Below are positions 62,445-64,000 of a stretch of DNA of 64,000 nucleotides, one piece after another (within the stretch, counting starts at the first letter, position 1; the number at the start of each line of letters is the position of its first letter). This DNA comes from an uncultured Nitrospiraceae bacterium (GTDB taxonomy: Bacteria > Nitrospirota > Thermodesulfovibrionia > Thermodesulfovibrionales > SM23-35). The notes below the pieces were generated by a model that saw only the letters and a list, made by a program, of their open reading frames with translations, searched no databases and was not told where the DNA came from. A program made the position numbers and the translations under genes. The stretch spans positions 32,001 through 96,000 of the forward strand of contig CAVSHB010000001.1 in NCBI GenBank assembly GCA_963727775.1, given 5' to 3'.

Positions 62445-64000
62445 ATGGCTGATAAATTAAGCTTCAATGAACTCTATAGATTTTGTGATCCCGATATCTT
62501 TACCTTCAAGACAACTGATGATCTGCCCGACTTTAAAGAGACAATAGGCCAGGAGAGGGGCTTGCATTCACTTGATTTCGGCCTGAGCCTCGAAAGCACC
62601 GGGTTCAATATTTTTCTTCTCGGAGAGCACGGCACAGGCAAAATGACAACGGTAAGGTCGTTCCTGTCTCAAAAGGCCGTTGACGAACCCGTGCCGAAGG
62701 ACGGGTGCTATGTTTACAATTTTAAGGACCCTGATGTTCCATGGGCGATTTCCCTTGATCCCGGGAAAGCCGTTGTATTCCAGAAAGACATGGAAGAGAT
62801 CGTAAAGATACTGAAGGTTGAAATCCCAAAGGTATTTGAATCAAAGGAGTATGAAAAACAGAAAAATAAAATAGTAGAGGAGTCGCAGAAAAAAGAGAGG
62901 GAAATCTTTGTAAGCCTCGAAGAAGAAGCCAAGGAGAAAGGTTTCTCTGTCCGTAAAACGGTCAGTGGATTGATAATCATGCCGGTAAAGAAGACCGGCG
63001 AGCCGTTGACGGGAGAAGAATTCGAATTGCTTGATGAGAAGACGAGAAAGAAGATAGACGATATAGGCAAAGTACTCCAGGAAAAGCTGAATGACGTTGT
63101 CCGCTTAGTCCGGGAAAGAGAAAAGACGGTAAAGGAAGCGATAGGCAAGCTCGAAAAGGATGCGGCGCTTTCTGCTGTCGGGCATCTCATCGATGAGCTG
63201 AAGCATAAATACCGGGAGCATGAAAAGATTACTTCATACCTTACTGATGCAAAGGAAGACATCCTTGAGCATCTTGATGACTTTAAGGTGCAGGAGGAGG
63301 CTGCCCCTCAGTTGGCATTTATGAAACTTCCCAGGGCTGAACCGACTTTCACGAGATATACCATTAATGTCCTGGTGAATAACGGAAATTGTAAGGGAGC
63401 GCCGTGTATATTCGAGAGCAACCCTACCTACTACAACCTCTTCGGAAGGATTGAGCACAAAATACAGTACGGGCTTGCGGTCACGGATTTTTCCATGATA
63501 AAAGCAGGTTCCCTGCATAAGGCAAACGGCGGGTATATCGTCATTAACGCGCTCGATCTCTTGAGGAATATCTTCGCCTATGATGCATTAAAGCGCGCTA
63601 TAAGGGACAAAGAGGCAAGGATAGAGGATGTCTGGGAACAGTACCGGTTAATGTCAACAACGACCCTCAAGCCTGAAGCAATCCCGCTCAATATTAAGGT
63701 AATCCTTATCGGCAATCCCTATCTATATTATCTCCTTTATAACCTCGATGAGGAGTACCGTGAACTTTTTAAGGTAAAGGCGGATTTTGACAGCAGGATG
63801 GTGAGAACAGACGAGAATGTTCAGAAGTACGCATCATTTGTCGCAGCTCTGTGCAAGGAAGAAAAGCTGTTGCCGTTTGACCGCACCGGTGTCGCAAAGG
63901 TTGTCGAAATAAGCTCGCGGTTTGCGGAGCACCAGAATAGGTTATCCGCCCGGTTTAATGATATCGCCGACCTCCTCAGGGAGGCAAGTTACTGGGCGTC
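62445..64000 (+). CDS. Lon-like AAA+ protease (LonB/LonC type), runs off window end
   Basis: Manual translation MADKLSF...IGQER...GEHGTGK, NPTYYNLFG, GSLHKANGGY; open at the window end. Confidence 0.85.
   Translation, partial: MADKLSFNELYRFCDPDIFTFKTTDDLPDFKETIGQERGLHSLDFGLSLESTGFNIFLLGEHGTGKMTTVRSFLSQKAVDEPVPKDGCYVYNFKDPDVPWAISLDPGKAVVFQKDMEEIVKILKVEIPKVFESKEYEKQKNKIVEESQKKEREIFVSLEEEAKEKGFSVRKTVSGLIIMPVKKTGEPLTGEEFELLDEKTRKKIDDIGKVLQEKLNDVVRLVREREKTVKEAIGKLEKDAALSAVGHLIDELKHKYREHEKITSYLTDAKEDILEHLDDFKVQEEAAPQLAFMKLPRAEPTFTRYTINVLVNNGNCKGAPCIFESNPTYYNLFGRIEHKIQYGLAVTDFSMIKAGSLHKANGGYIVINALDLLRNIFAYDALKRAIRDKEARIEDVWEQYRLMSTTTLKPEAIPLNIKVILIGNPYLYYLLYNLDEEYRELFKVKADFDSRMVRTDENVQKYASFVAALCKEEKLLPFDRTGVAKVVEISSRFAEHQNRLSARFNDIADLLREASYWA

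Overview
Bacterial chromosomal window. The gene content (split atp operon with two b subunits, lysA-dapF-dapA, hpn genes) suggests Nitrospirota or a Deltaproteobacteria-like lineage, which is an inference. The standout feature is a 7.46-kb nest of mobile elements at 3958-11418. An ORF-less group II intron (3958-11418) is split inside catalytic domain V by a second, RT-encoding group II intron (4598-10083). The inner intron's EBS1 matches the domain V consensus but not its own domain V. Its RT gene is split exactly at the PQGG motif by a three-tyrosine-recombinase RIT element (5747-9237) with 91-bp inverted repeats and a perfect 32-bp junction palindrome. An IS3 element (10093-11366) sits 9 nt further on in the outer intron. 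The region 13957-42815 holds a dispersed hopanoid locus (shc, hpnA/G/H/I/J/K/M/N) with Mla-type transport genes and unusual tailoring candidates (CruF-like, DUF116, DegT aminotransferase, two epimerases). The rest is housekeeping: tRNA-Glu and tRNA-Lys, aconitase, lysine and biotin genes, ATP synthase, an HD-GYP regulator, xerD and a Lon-like protease. Also present are two copies of a ~130-bp structured repeat, in-frame 7-bp repeats in three core genes, and two single-base frameshifts (hpnN, atpH) that are probably sequencing errors. Protein family calls come from motif recognition by eye, not database searches.
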